Notes: a model not told the origin generated them from the letters alone. A stretch of DNA of 64,000 nt from Gammaproteobacteria bacterium UBA2965 (GCA_002348385.1 DEBD01000037.1:129467-193466), one strand, 5' to 3'; shown: positions 25,881-36,403, counted from the stretch's first letter. A program made the numbers and translations.

Positions 25881-27107
25881 ATGCCCAGCAGCGCCACGTC
25901 AGACTCCCAGCGCGACCCAGCCTACGGTTGGGTCATGGTGTTCGTGGTATTTACGCTGACGGCCCTGGCCTTTGGCGCCATGGGCTCCATTTCCGTGTTC
26001 TTGAAACCCCTTGCCGCCGAGTTCGGATGGAGCCGCGGCGCAACCGCCATGGGGTACACGGCCACTTCGTTCGCTTCCGCCATCGCCGGCGTTTTCTGGG
26101 GCTACGTGGCAGACCGGGTAGGCACCCGCTGGTTCGGACTGGTGGGCGCCTTCGCCATGGCCGTAAGCCTGTGGCTACTCAGTAAGCAGACCAGCCTCAG
26201 CCATTTCTACGCGCTGTACTTCCTCTATGGGGCGCTTGGCAACGCCATCGTGAGTTCTCCCCTCTACGCCAACGTAGGATTCTGGTTCCATACCAATCCC
26301 GGCTTGGCCATGGGAGTGACGGCCGCAGGCGGCGCTTTCGGACAAGGCCTCGTGCCCTATCTGGTGGGGATGATCATCGACACCGAGGGCTGGCGGGCAG
26401 CCTATGTAGCCATGGCCTGGAGCTACCTGGCCATCGCGCTTCCTCTGGCACTGCTCATTCGCGAATCCCCTTCCCGCACGCAGGCGCGCACCACCCCAAG
26501 CAGCCCACCACCGGACGCTCCGGTTTCAGAGGTGGAGGCCGTGGCATGGGTCAGCATTGCCGTAGTGTTCTGTTGCACCTGCATGGCTGTGCCCATCGTT
26601 CACCTGGTGCCGTTGCTCACCGACGCCGGCCATACGGTAGAGTACGCCACCCGCGCGCTCATGGTGCTGATGTTCACCGGCGTGCTGGGGCGCATCATGG
26701 GCGGCAAGCTGGCGGACAGCATCGGCGCCCTGCGCGCCTACATGATGATGTCGCTGGGTCAGACCGTGTCGGTATTCTGGTTTTGCCAGGTGGCCGACAC
26801 GGTAAGCCTGTATGCCCTGGCCGTGTTCTTCGGCTTCACCTATTCCGGGGTGATGACCACATCCGTAGTGTGCGTGCGCATGATGATCTCTGCCGGGTTT
26901 GCGGGGAGGGCGTTGGGTATTACGTCGTTCTTCGGCTGGGTTGGCATGGGCCTGGGCGGATTTTTCGGCGGTTTGATATACGATGCGGCCGGGGGCTACA
27001 CGTGGTCGTTCGCTTTCGCGGTGCTGGCCGGGTGCGTAAACTTGGCTATCCTATGCGGGTTTTATTTGCGCATTTCCCTCCAACAGAGTCGGCCTCAAGC
27101 AGCCTGA
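25881..27107 (+). CDS. MFS transporter (oxalate/formate antiporter or monocarboxylate-like)
   Basis: 12-TM pattern. Start trimmed to ATG 25881. Confidence 0.85.
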   Translation: MPSSATSDSQRDPAYGWVMVFVVFTLTALAFGAMGSISVFLKPLAAEFGWSRGATAMGYTATSFASAIAGVFWGYVADRVGTRWFGLVGAFAMAVSLWLLSKQTSLSHFYALYFLYGALGNAIVSSPLYANVGFWFHTNPGLAMGVTAAGGAFGQGLVPYLVGMIIDTEGWRAAYVAMAWSYLAIALPLALLIRESPSRTQARTTPSSPPPDAPVSEVEAVAWVSIAVVFCCTCMAVPIVHLVPLLTDAGHTVEYATRALMVLMFTGVLGRIMGGKLADSIGALRAYMMMSLGQTVSVFWFCQVADTVSLYALAVFFGFTYSGVMTTSVVCVRMMISAGFAGRALGITSFFGWVGMGLGGFFGGLIYDAAGGYTWSFAFAVLAGCVNLAILCGFYLRISLQQSRPQAA

Positions 27108-27122
27108 ACTCCCGGGCAAGAC

Positions 27123-29552
27123 ATGGATCACCGTTCAACCAAGCACGCACTTTTCGCCGCAGCGTTGGCCGTCATGTTATTCCAGACGGCAGACGCGCGG
27201 TCCGCGGATCTTGCCGCGGACACCCAATACACCGTGGCTGGGCTGCGGCAGCCGGCAGAGATAATCGTTGATCATTGGGGTATCCCGCACATATACGCCG
27301 GCACCCACTACGATGCGTTTTTTGTTCAGGGATTCAACGCGGCCCGCGACCGCCTGTGGCAAATCGACCTTTGGCGCAGGCGCGGATTGGGATTGCTCTC
27401 CGAAGTACTCGGCGCGGACTACGTAGAGCAGGATCGCGCAGCAAGGTTGTTTCTGTATCGCGGCGACATGTACCGCGAGTGGCTGGCTTACGGCTCGGAT
27501 GCCAAGCAGATCGCCAGCGCCTTCACGGCGGGCATCAACGCCTACGTGGAGATGCTGCAGGAGCGGCCTGAGCTCATGCCACCGGAGTTTGCACTGCTCG
27601 GCTACGGCCCGGCACGCTGGCAGCCCGAGGACGTGGTGCGAATCCGCAGTCACGGCCTTTGGCGCAACGTGGCCCGTGAAGTGAAGCGGGCACGCATAAC
27701 GTGCGCTTTGGGCGTGCAGGCAGCCGACTGGTGGAAGGTAATGGAACCCACGTGGAAGGCAACGGTGCCCGAGGGGCTGAACCCGTGCGCCATACCGGAC
27801 GGTGTCCTGGAAGTATATCTGCTCGCCACTGCCCCGGTATCGTTCGCACCACGCGATGGCCAAGCCACCGCCGATCTCTCAAGCGCTCTGCAGCACACGG
27901 AACATCTGGGCAGCAACAACTGGGCCGTGGCGCCCTCGCGAACCAGCACAGGGCGACCCATACTGGCCGACGACCCTCATCGCAGCCACGCGGTACCGTC
28001 GCTACGCTACATAGCCCACCTGAGCGCTCCCGGCCTGGATGTGATCGGCGCCGGCGAGCCGGCACTGCCGGGAATCTCCATCGGGCACAACCAGCGCATC
28101 GCTTTCGGGCTCACCATCTTTCCTATCGACCAGGAAGACCTCTATGTGTACCAAACGATACAGCCGCGACGGCGTCGAAATAGCAACAGCAATCCGCCCG
28201 CTTACCTGTACGGCGGCAAACCCGAAGCACTGCGGGTCATATCCGAGCAGATTCCAGTAAGGGGCGAGGATCCTCGGCAGGTTTCCCTCAAGTTCACACG
28301 CCACGGTCCGGTGGTGTTCGAATCCCAAGATCACACATTCGCCGTGCGCGCCGCCTGGCTGGAGCCGGGAATGGCCCCGTACTTCGGCAGCATTGAATAT
28401 ATGCGAGCGCAAAACTGGAGAGAGTTCAAGGGCGCCCTGAATCGCTGGGGTGCACCATCGGAAAACCAGGTATTCGCGGACGTCGATGGCAACATCGGAT
28501 TCAAACCCGCGGGTCTGTTTCCTCGCCGCACCACGTGGGACGGCTTGTTCCCCGTACCAGGGGATGGTCGCTTCGAATGGGAAGGCTATTTCGACATGGA
28601 TGCCCTGCCCGAGGAGTTCAATCCCAGCCGCGGATTCGTGCTGAGCGCAAACGCCCTCAATCTGCCCGCTGACTATCCCATCGACGAGCGGCGGGTGGGA
28701 TTCGAATGGTCGGCGCCATGGCGCCAACTGCGTCTGTGGGGAGTGCTAGGGTCGCAACCGGATCACACCCTCACCGATTCCCACGACCTGCAGCGCGACT
28801 ACCAGTCGGTGCTGGCCCGCCGCCTGGTGCACAAGTTGCCCAACGCAGCGCGCGGGTCGCATCCGGCGCTCGCCATGCTGAAGAACTGGAATGGACGCAT
28901 GCTGGAGCATTCAGCGGCCGCAGCATTATTTGCCGTCTGGTATCACCGCCATCTGCAGCCGGCGCTGCTCGCAGCGCTGCCCGAGTTCGACGACCGCCGT
29001 GAGGCGGCGGCGCAGCGCATCGACCAACTCGACTCGTTGGCCATACTCAAAGCCCTCGACACGCCCTTTGCCCTGGCCGCCGCCACCGCGAGTCTTGTGC
29101 CGGCCTGGGAAGAGACGCAGGCGTTACTGGGCAGCGTGCCAAGCCGCTGGCGCTGGGGCGATCTGCATCAGATCAAGTTCACCCATCCGCTGCTTCATCT
29201 GGCCACCGACGAGTTGGCCGAACTGATGGCCTACCGGCCCCACGGGCGGGGCGGTAGCGCCAACACGCCCAACAATACCGGCTTCACCCGGGACAACTTC
29301 GACGTGCGCTCCGGCGCCTCGTTCCGCATGGTGCTCGACGTCGGTCTGTGGGACGACGCGGAGGTAACCAACGCGCCCGGACAATCAGGCGACCCGCGCT
29401 CGCCCTTCTACGCGAACCTCTTGGAGGGCTGGGCTCAGGATTCGTCGATTCCGCTGCTGTACTCCCGCGACGCCATAGAGGCCAACGAAGCATTCCGGGT
29501 GGAACTTTTCCCCGTCGCACCGGCTTCCCAGGACGAAGAATCACAACCTTGA
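27123..29552 (+). CDS. Penicillin acylase family Ntn-hydrolase (AHL/penicillin acylase type)
   Basis: WGIPHIYA, nucleophile context LGSNNWAV, signal peptide. Confidence 0.9.
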   Translation: MDHRSTKHALFAAALAVMLFQTADARSADLAADTQYTVAGLRQPAEIIVDHWGIPHIYAGTHYDAFFVQGFNAARDRLWQIDLWRRRGLGLLSEVLGADYVEQDRAARLFLYRGDMYREWLAYGSDAKQIASAFTAGINAYVEMLQERPELMPPEFALLGYGPARWQPEDVVRIRSHGLWRNVAREVKRARITCALGVQAADWWKVMEPTWKATVPEGLNPCAIPDGVLEVYLLATAPVSFAPRDGQATADLSSALQHTEHLGSNNWAVAPSRTSTGRPILADDPHRSHAVPSLRYIAHLSAPGLDVIGAGEPALPGISIGHNQRIAFGLTIFPIDQEDLYVYQTIQPRRRRNSNSNPPAYLYGGKPEALRVISEQIPVRGEDPRQVSLKFTRHGPVVFESQDHTFAVRAAWLEPGMAPYFGSIEYMRAQNWREFKGALNRWGAPSENQVFADVDGNIGFKPAGLFPRRTTWDGLFPVPGDGRFEWEGYFDMDALPEEFNPSRGFVLSANALNLPADYPIDERRVGFEWSAPWRQLRLWGVLGSQPDHTLTDSHDLQRDYQSVLARRLVHKLPNAARGSHPALAMLKNWNGRMLEHSAAAALFAVWYHRHLQPALLAALPEFDDRREAAAQRIDQLDSLAILKALDTPFALAAATASLVPAWEETQALLGSVPSRWRWGDLHQIKFTHPLLHLATDELAELMAYRPHGRGGSANTPNNTGFTRDNFDVRSGASFRMVLDVGLWDDAEVTNAPGQSGDPRSPFYANLLEGWAQDSSIPLLYSRDAIEANEAFRVELFPVAPASQDEESQP

Positions 29553-29640
29553 TCTAGGAACTGGCACATGTTCCACTAACACCGTGCAAGCAACGCGCAT
29601 ATCATCTTCACGTTGCGTCCCGAACCCGGAGGAAGGAAGC

Positions 29641-30915
29641 ATGCAGCAGGAACAGATAGATACGTTACGCAAACTCATGGAGTACGAGGCGGGCCGCACC
29701 ACGCCCCCCGAAGGGTTTCCGGCGCTACCCGATATTCCCGGAGGGCGCTATACGGATGCGCGCTTTTTCGAGCTGGAAAAAGAGCACATCTGGCGAAAAT
29801 CCTGGCTGCTGGCATCCCACATAGACGAGGTGCCCGAGCCCGGCTGCTTCCGGTTGTGGGAAAACGCCGGACAACCGGTGGTCATCGTTCACGCCGACAG
29901 CGGCGCCATCAACGCTTTCTACAATACCTGCAGCCACCGGGGCGCGCCGGTAATCACCGAAGCGTCAGGACAGCGCCCGAGGCTCACCTGCAAGTACCAC
30001 GGCTGGAGCTACACCCACGATGGTGAGCTGGTCGCCATCCGCGATCCGGAGGATTTTCGCGATCTGGATTTTTCCTGCCGCGGCCTGCGACCGGTGCGCT
30101 GCGAGCGCTTCGGCAATCTCATTTTCGTCAACTTCGACGATGACGCACCCTCCCTGATGGAGTGGCTCGGCCCCATCGCAGACGAATGGAAGGAGTTTCA
30201 GTTCGAGAACTGCCGCCTGGCCGCACGCCACATTTTTGATCTCGACTGCAACTGGAAGGTGGCCATGGAGGCCAATACCGAGGTCTACCACGTTCGCAGC
30301 ATTCATCCCAAGACCGTTTACCCAATGCTCGACGATCGACGCAACATCAACACCCTCTACCCCAATGGGCACGGCCGCATGGTCGCGCCAGCACAGAAAG
30401 GCGCCGAGGCTATGCGAGCCGGACGCATGGGCGAGTACCCCGAGGTGGAAACCGTGGGGGAAATCGGTCGCACCTGCACCCAGTCTTACGGAATCTTTCC
30501 CAATTGGGTGTCACCGCTGAGCCATCGTGCCATCCCGCCGCTGATTTTCTGGCCCAACGGCATCAACAAGTGCCGGCTGGAAACCTGGACCATGGCACCG
30601 GATTGGGGCGACCTGCCGGCACCGGACTCCTGGACCGTGAATCAGGGAGAGAGCCTGAATGCGGTGCTGTTGGAAGACACCGAGTTTGGCGGGTGGATCC
30701 AGAAATCCATGCAGTCATACGGCTTCCAGGGCGTGCCGCTGAGCTATCAGGAGGCGCGCATCTACCACTGGAATCAGTCCGCCGACAAGATGATCGGCAT
30801 CGACAACATTCCCCCGGAACTGCGGGTCGCACAGGTGATCGGAGACGAATGGGTATACCCCAACGACCCGCGCATCGAGCTGGCGGAAAAGGAGCTCGCG
30901 CAGTCCGCAGGCTGA
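29641..30915 (+). CDS. Rieske [2Fe-2S] oxygenase, alpha subunit
   Basis: CSHRG...CKYHGWSY. ATG 29641 follows GGAGGAAGGAAGC. Confidence 0.9.
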   Translation: MQQEQIDTLRKLMEYEAGRTTPPEGFPALPDIPGGRYTDARFFELEKEHIWRKSWLLASHIDEVPEPGCFRLWENAGQPVVIVHADSGAINAFYNTCSHRGAPVITEASGQRPRLTCKYHGWSYTHDGELVAIRDPEDFRDLDFSCRGLRPVRCERFGNLIFVNFDDDAPSLMEWLGPIADEWKEFQFENCRLAARHIFDLDCNWKVAMEANTEVYHVRSIHPKTVYPMLDDRRNINTLYPNGHGRMVAPAQKGAEAMRAGRMGEYPEVETVGEIGRTCTQSYGIFPNWVSPLSHRAIPPLIFWPNGINKCRLETWTMAPDWGDLPAPDSWTVNQGESLNAVLLEDTEFGGWIQKSMQSYGFQGVPLSYQEARIYHWNQSADKMIGIDNIPPELRVAQVIGDEWVYPNDPRIELAEKELAQSAG

Positions 30916-30923
30916 GCCGCTCC

Positions 30924-31586
30924 ATGGCCGAGCCAAAGCAAAGGCCCCTCACCAGGCTGCAGCGTCAACGCAGGGAGCGGATTCTGCAGGCGGTCCGCGA
31001 CCAGCTTGAAAGCGGGGGTTATTCGGGGGTGAGCATGCGCGACCTGGCGGAGCTCGCCGAGGTATCCCCGACCACGCTGTACAATCTGTTCGACAACAAG
31101 GACACGCTGATCATGGCGGCGCTGACCGACTTGTTGGATCAGCTCAGCAACGCGGCTGGGCAACGTATGCTGAGCGGTATCGATCGCATGCTGACCAACT
31201 ACCAGGTGACAGCGGCTCAGATCAAGGCAAGCCCGCACTACGCCCAGGCCATGACCCGCATGCTGTTCAACGCGGGCCCCGATGACCCGGTCACCCGTAT
31301 CCTGCTGCACGACCCCATCGCCAGCACCAAGCAACGGGTCATGGAGATGCAGGAAGATGGTGACATATGCGGCAACATCGACGTAGACCTGCTGGCAAGA
31401 CGAATCAGCTCCAGTAACTGGTCGGTGAACATGTTATGGATGAAGAATCTGCTCCACATCGATGAGCTGGCACGAGAGTACAAGCGCAACCTGATCCTCA
31501 TCCTGCGGCCTTTCATGGCTCCAGCCACGGCACGCAAATACCAAAGTGCGGTGTTGGGCGAAGCTCCCCTCGCCTCGGCGTCCTGA
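30924..31586 (+). CDS. TetR/AcrR family transcriptional regulator
   Basis: HTH VSMRDLAELAEVSPTTLYNLFDNKDTL. ATG lies 8 nt after the Rieske stop. Confidence 0.9.
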   Translation: MAEPKQRPLTRLQRQRRERILQAVRDQLESGGYSGVSMRDLAELAEVSPTTLYNLFDNKDTLIMAALTDLLDQLSNAAGQRMLSGIDRMLTNYQVTAAQIKASPHYAQAMTRMLFNAGPDDPVTRILLHDPIASTKQRVMEMQEDGDICGNIDVDLLARRISSSNWSVNMLWMKNLLHIDELAREYKRNLILILRPFMAPATARKYQSAVLGEAPLASAS

Positions 31587-31605
31587 CCGCGGGAAGGCCT
31601 TGCTC

Positions 31606-32793
31606 GTGCGATCCGGCATTGCATTAGTGCGCATTGCGACTCGTTTGGCGGCCACAATCCCGACGCTGCTGTTTCCCATCGCACACGCGCATTTCGGCGA
31701 TGGGCCCCACCCCGTGGCGCCTGCGGAAATCCTCACCTGGAACGACGAGCAGCGCAGCGTAGGATTTCGCAGCTACGCCGACATCTTCCCCACCCGCACT
31801 ATCCGCGCGGGGGAAATCACGAGCCCACTGGTTGAGAACCACCAAGACCTGTCGGGCGTCAGCTACTCGTGGGAAGGCAAGACCTTTACGCTGGACGACT
31901 ACCTGCAAGCCAACCGGGTGGCCGGCATTATCGTCGTGCAGGGAGGGCGAATTCGCTTTGAGCGCTACCGACTCGACAGCGGCCCCTCCACGGTGTGGGT
32001 CAGCTACTCCATCGCCAAGTCCGTGGTGAGCATGCTATTCGGTGCCGCCATCGCGGACGGCTACATCGAGGGCGTGAAAGACCCAATTACCCGTTACCTG
32101 CCTCGGCTCGCAGGCGGCGCCTACGAAGGCGTATCCGTCGAGCAACTGCTGCAGATGTCTTCCGGTGTGACCTGGCAAGAGGACTACGTGGACCCGCAAG
32201 CAGACGTGTCCCGACTACCCAGCAGGATTCTGCCGCTCATCGACTACATGCAGGCGCTCCCGCGCGCAGCCAAGCCCGGAACCAAATTCAATTACTCCAC
32301 CGGAGAGACCCATCTGGCAGGCGCCGTGCTGCGCGCCGCCATCGGTAACAATCTGGCCGACTACCTCACCCACAAGATCTGGCAACCGTTCGGCATGGAG
32401 GCCGACGGCAACTGGATGCTGGGCACCAGAGGCGGCGCGGAGCACGCCGGATGCTGCATCAGCGCCACCCTGCGCGACTACGCCCGGCTAGGCCTGTTCG
32501 CCATGGGCGGCGGGGTAGCCGCGGACGGCTCCCGTATTCTGCCGCCCGACTGGATGGCCGCGTCAACTTCGCCCTCGCCCAACTTTCCGGGATACGGATA
32601 CTTCTGGTGGCTGCGCGAGGGCGGCGCGTTTGCCGCGGTAGGCATCTACGGCCAACTCATCTGGGTCGACCCGAACAACGAGATCGTCATTGCCATGCAG
32701 AGCGCATGGCCCAGCGCTGGAAGCCGCGCGCTGGCGGGCCAACGTTGGGCCGTTGTCGACGCCATCGCCACAGCCGTGAACGCGGAGAATTGA
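31606..32793 (+). CDS. Serine hydrolase, beta-lactamase/transpeptidase-like (class C/esterase family)
   Basis: S-x-x-K YSIAKSV, FNYSTGE. The start is uncertain: GTG 31606 lies after GGGAAGG and gives a signal-peptide-like N-terminus ending AHA. Confidence 0.8.
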   Translation: MRSGIALVRIATRLAATIPTLLFPIAHAHFGDGPHPVAPAEILTWNDEQRSVGFRSYADIFPTRTIRAGEITSPLVENHQDLSGVSYSWEGKTFTLDDYLQANRVAGIIVVQGGRIRFERYRLDSGPSTVWVSYSIAKSVVSMLFGAAIADGYIEGVKDPITRYLPRLAGGAYEGVSVEQLLQMSSGVTWQEDYVDPQADVSRLPSRILPLIDYMQALPRAAKPGTKFNYSTGETHLAGAVLRAAIGNNLADYLTHKIWQPFGMEADGNWMLGTRGGAEHAGCCISATLRDYARLGLFAMGGGVAADGSRILPPDWMAASTSPSPNFPGYGYFWWLREGGAFAAVGIYGQLIWVDPNNEIVIAMQSAWPSAGSRALAGQRWAVVDAIATAVNAEN

Positions 32794-32901
32794 TGTGAGC
32801 CGACTACCCGCGGGCGCAGAAGCTTTGTTTTCATAAACGCGGGCGACGACGCGGGCACAAGAAACCGCATACACTTTGCATCGGACACGACGGGGGCCCC
32901 T

Positions 32902-34053
32902 ATGCAATTTTCGTTTTCTGAAGAGCAGCAGCAATTTCGTGACATGCTGCGGCGGTTTCTGGCGGAAACTTCACCGACCACCGAAACGCGCCGTCTCATG
33001 GAGACCGAACAGGGTTTCGATCGCGATGTATGGGCGCGCATGAGTCAGGAATTGGGGCTGGCAGGCCTTGGTATTCCCGAGGCGCACGGAGGGGCTGGCT
33101 TCGGTATGGTGGAGGTGTGCGTCGCCCTGGAGGAAATGGGACGCGGCATTACCTGCACCCCGTACTTCGCCACCAGCGTCTTGGCCGCCAAGGCCATCGA
33201 ACACGTAGCCAGCGCCACCGTGCAGGCACATCTGCTGCCGCAGATTGCGTCCGGCGAGCTCACGGCCACCCTGGCAGTTACCGAACCCGATGGCAGCCCG
33301 AACCTGGCAGATGTGAAGACGTCGGCGGTGCCAGCAGACGACGGCTACGTTCTCAATGGCGATAAGCGTTTCGTCATCGACGGCTGCAGCGCGGAGCTGC
33401 TGCTGGTGGTCGGTCGCACTCCAGAAACTTCCGGCACACACGGCCTGTCGCTGTTTCAGGTAGCCCCGGACGCGAGCGGCCTCACGCGCTCCCCTTTGGA
33501 GGTGATGGACCCAACCCGCAAGCTGGCACACCTGCACCTGGAAAACACCCCGGCCACTCTGCTGGGCGTCGCGGACGCCGCCGCTAGCGGGCTGCAGCAC
33601 ACGCTCGATCTGGCCGCACTGGCACTGGCCAACGAGATGGTGGGCGGCGCCGAGCGACTGCTGGAGGATACCGTGGAGTACACGAAACTGCGGGTGCAAT
33701 TCGGCCGCACCATCGCCTCGTTTCAGGCCATTAAGCACCGATGTACTGAAATGCTACTGGCGGTGGAACTGGCCAAGTCCACGGCTTACTACGCCGCCGA
33801 AGCCGCAGACGAACAGTCACCCGAGCTTGCCGCACTAGCCAGCCAGGCGAAAGCCATGGCGGCAGACACCTACGTGCAGCTGGCCAAGGAAGCCGTTCAG
33901 CTGCATGGGGGGATCGGCTTCACCTGGGATAACGACACCCACTTGTGGTTCAAGCGTGCCAAGAGTTCGGAGGTGCTGCTGGGTGATCCAGCCTGGCACC
34001 GCGAACGCATGATCCAGAATACGGTCGATCACATGCAGGTGGCGCAGGCATGA
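32902..34053 (+). CDS. Acyl-CoA dehydrogenase family protein
   Basis: QLHGGIGFTWDNDTHLWFKRAK. Overlaps the next ACAD by 4 nt. Confidence 0.9.
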   Translation: MQFSFSEEQQQFRDMLRRFLAETSPTTETRRLMETEQGFDRDVWARMSQELGLAGLGIPEAHGGAGFGMVEVCVALEEMGRGITCTPYFATSVLAAKAIEHVASATVQAHLLPQIASGELTATLAVTEPDGSPNLADVKTSAVPADDGYVLNGDKRFVIDGCSAELLLVVGRTPETSGTHGLSLFQVAPDASGLTRSPLEVMDPTRKLAHLHLENTPATLLGVADAAASGLQHTLDLAALALANEMVGGAERLLEDTVEYTKLRVQFGRTIASFQAIKHRCTEMLLAVELAKSTAYYAAEAADEQSPELAALASQAKAMAADTYVQLAKEAVQLHGGIGFTWDNDTHLWFKRAKSSEVLLGDPAWHRERMIQNTVDHMQVAQA

Positions 34054-35303
34054 GCGAATCCAACGAAGAACAAGTGCGAACCGAGGTACGCGAATGGCTG
34101 GCCGCCAACTGGAACCCATCATTGTCACTGCAGGAGTGGCGTAACAGGCTGGTGGACAGTGGCTGGGGAATGGCCGACTGGCCATCCGAGTGGCACGGCC
34201 GTGACCTGCCCGCACGTCTTGTACGTTTGGTGGAAGACGAGTTTGCTGCAGCCGGTGCGGTGGGTGCCGCCCGTCAGGGAATTCGGCTGCTGGCGGCCGC
34301 CACACTGCTGGAACACGGCAGCGACGCCCACAAAGCGCAATTCCTGCGCCGCATCCTCACTGGCGAAGATACCTGGTGCCAGCTGTTCAGCGAGCCTGGC
34401 AGCGGCTCGGATCTGGCAGGCGCCACCACGCGCGCGGAGCTCAAAGGCGACAAGTGGATCATCAACGGACAAAAGCTATGGACTACCAGCGCGCACCACG
34501 CAGACTGGGGGCTGCTGCTGGCCCGGACCAACCTGGATGTCCCGAAGCACGAGGGGATGACCTATTTCGTTATCAACATGCGACAACCCGGGGTAGAGGT
34601 GCAACCGCTCAAACAAATGAACGGGCACGCGTCTTTCAACCAGGTGTTTTTCACCGACGCCGAGGTTCAGCGCGACCACCTCGTTGGAGAGCTTAACAAG
34701 GGTTGGACCGTGGCCATGACCACGCTGGCCCATGAGCGGCGGCGGGCCGACGGCGCCCGCGCCACGGCCGAACAAGAAGGTGGGCCAGTGCGGCAAGGCC
34801 GAATCTACGAAGAGGAAGCCGCCGAGAGCGCCACCCTGCTCGAACCCTACAAGTGGTATCCCCAGCGTGCCGGGCGGGTCGACCTGGCGCTGCCCAGAGC
34901 AGTTGAAACGGGCCGCATCGACGACCCAGTGGTGCGCCAGGAACTGGCCAAGCTGCTCAGCCTGGCCCGCGCCACCGAGTGGACCGCCCGGCGCGCCAGG
35001 GCAGAGCAGCAACGAGGCCAGCCGCCTGGGCCGGGCGGATCGTTAGGCAAGCTGGCCGCCAGCCACGTGGCCAGGGCGGCGGCTCATGTTCACACCATCA
35101 TCTCTGGCGCCGATGCATTGTTGTCCGGCGACCATTCACCCCATGACGGCACCATCGCCGAGATCCTGGTGTCGGTGCCCGGGGGCTCCATCGCTGGCGG
35201 TACAGATGAGATTCAGCGCAACATCATTGCCGAAAGAGTGCTGCTCATGCCCAAGGAAGCCCGGTTCGATACCGGGCCCTTTAGGGAAGTGAGAAGGAAC
35301 TGA
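34050..35303 (+). CDS. Acyl-CoA dehydrogenase family protein
   Basis: LFSEPGSGSDLAG, INGQKLWTT, GGTDEIQRNIIAERVL. Confidence 0.9.
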   Translation: MSESNEEQVRTEVREWLAANWNPSLSLQEWRNRLVDSGWGMADWPSEWHGRDLPARLVRLVEDEFAAAGAVGAARQGIRLLAAATLLEHGSDAHKAQFLRRILTGEDTWCQLFSEPGSGSDLAGATTRAELKGDKWIINGQKLWTTSAHHADWGLLLARTNLDVPKHEGMTYFVINMRQPGVEVQPLKQMNGHASFNQVFFTDAEVQRDHLVGELNKGWTVAMTTLAHERRRADGARATAEQEGGPVRQGRIYEEEAAESATLLEPYKWYPQRAGRVDLALPRAVETGRIDDPVVRQELAKLLSLARATEWTARRARAEQQRGQPPGPGGSLGKLAASHVARAAAHVHTIISGADALLSGDHSPHDGTIAEILVSVPGGSIAGGTDEIQRNIIAERVLLMPKEARFDTGPFREVRRN

Positions 35304-35593
35304 CAGGTGGAGAGGTTCGGCTTGATGCCACGCCCTTGAAGCCAACTACCCTGCGCAAAAGGCGTGAATCACCAGAGCAGTACGGGGTCTACTAACAAGG
35401 CGCTGCAGCAAACGGACCCGCCGGTTCACTAGTGAGTCGACGGACCGCCTCTTCCATGATGAGCAGCGCTTTCTCCCTCACCACCGGGAAAGCAACGTGG
35501 TAGGCGGCGAATACAGGTACACGCTGTCTTTCGGCGCGTCCTCCATAGTAGGCTAGGGGTTCGCTGCCAGACCAACCCTGTAAGGGAGCTCAA

Positions 35594-36403
35594 ATGTTCG
35601 AATCCGATTCCGCGGCCCTGGGCTTCGAGCTCGACGACGGCGTGGCCACCATCACATTCAATCGCCCCGAAGCGCGCAACGCTCTGAACGACGACGTGAC
35701 GCGCAACTTCGCGCCAGCCCTGGCCTGGTGCGCGGAGTCCGACGACGTGAGAGCGGTAATTCTCACCGGGGCCGGCGGCGCATTCTGCGCGGGGGCCGAC
35801 GTGGGGCGGCGGCGTCCGGGAGAGCAGGAAGAGCCGCCCACCATCGAGGCGCAATTCCAGGCCATGAAAGAACGCCACCGCTCAATGGGAACTGCCTTGT
35901 ACGCGCTGCGCAAACCCACCATCGCCGCGGTGCCCGGCGCGGCCGCGGGCGCCGGAATGACCTTTGCGCTGGCGTGCGATATGCGCCTTGCCGCTACCAG
36001 CGCCTTTTTCACCACGGCCTATGCCCGCATCGGCCTGTCCGGCGATTACGGCGTTGCCTGGCTACTGTCTCGGGTGGTGACCCCGGCCTATGCCCGCCAG
36101 CTCCTCCTCACCTCCGAACGCGTCAGCGCCGAGCAGGCGCTCGCCAAGGGGCTTGTGAACTACGTGTATCCCGACGACGCACTCATGGACGAGGCGCGCA
36201 GCCTGGCGAAGCAGTTTGCCGCCGGCCCCCCCATTGCCTATCGCTACATCAAAGACAACCTGGACGAAGCCTTTCTGCTGGATCACCCCACCGCCGTGGC
36301 TCACGAAACCCAACGCGTGGTCAAATCGGGCTCAACCCACGACTCCCGCGAAGCACGGGCCGCATTTGCAGAGAAGCGCAAGCCGAAGTTTCAGGGACGC
36401 TAA
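35594..36403 (+). CDS. Enoyl-CoA hydratase/isomerase family protein
   Basis: FNRPEARNALN and LTGAGGAFCAGADV. Confidence 0.9.
   Translation: MFESDSAALGFELDDGVATITFNRPEARNALNDDVTRNFAPALAWCAESDDVRAVILTGAGGAFCAGADVGRRRPGEQEEPPTIEAQFQAMKERHRSMGTALYALRKPTIAAVPGAAAGAGMTFALACDMRLAATSAFFTTAYARIGLSGDYGVAWLLSRVVTPAYARQLLLTSERVSAEQALAKGLVNYVYPDDALMDEARSLAKQFAAGPPIAYRYIKDNLDEAFLLDHPTAVAHETQRVVKSGSTHDSREARAAFAEKRKPKFQGR

Noticed and set aside
29562-29576. Sigma-54-like TGGCAC-N5 element upstream of the Rieske gene (also at 49917-49932)
   Set aside because: The -12 element is CCAC or TCCG instead of TTGC, and no enhancer-binding protein gene is nearby.
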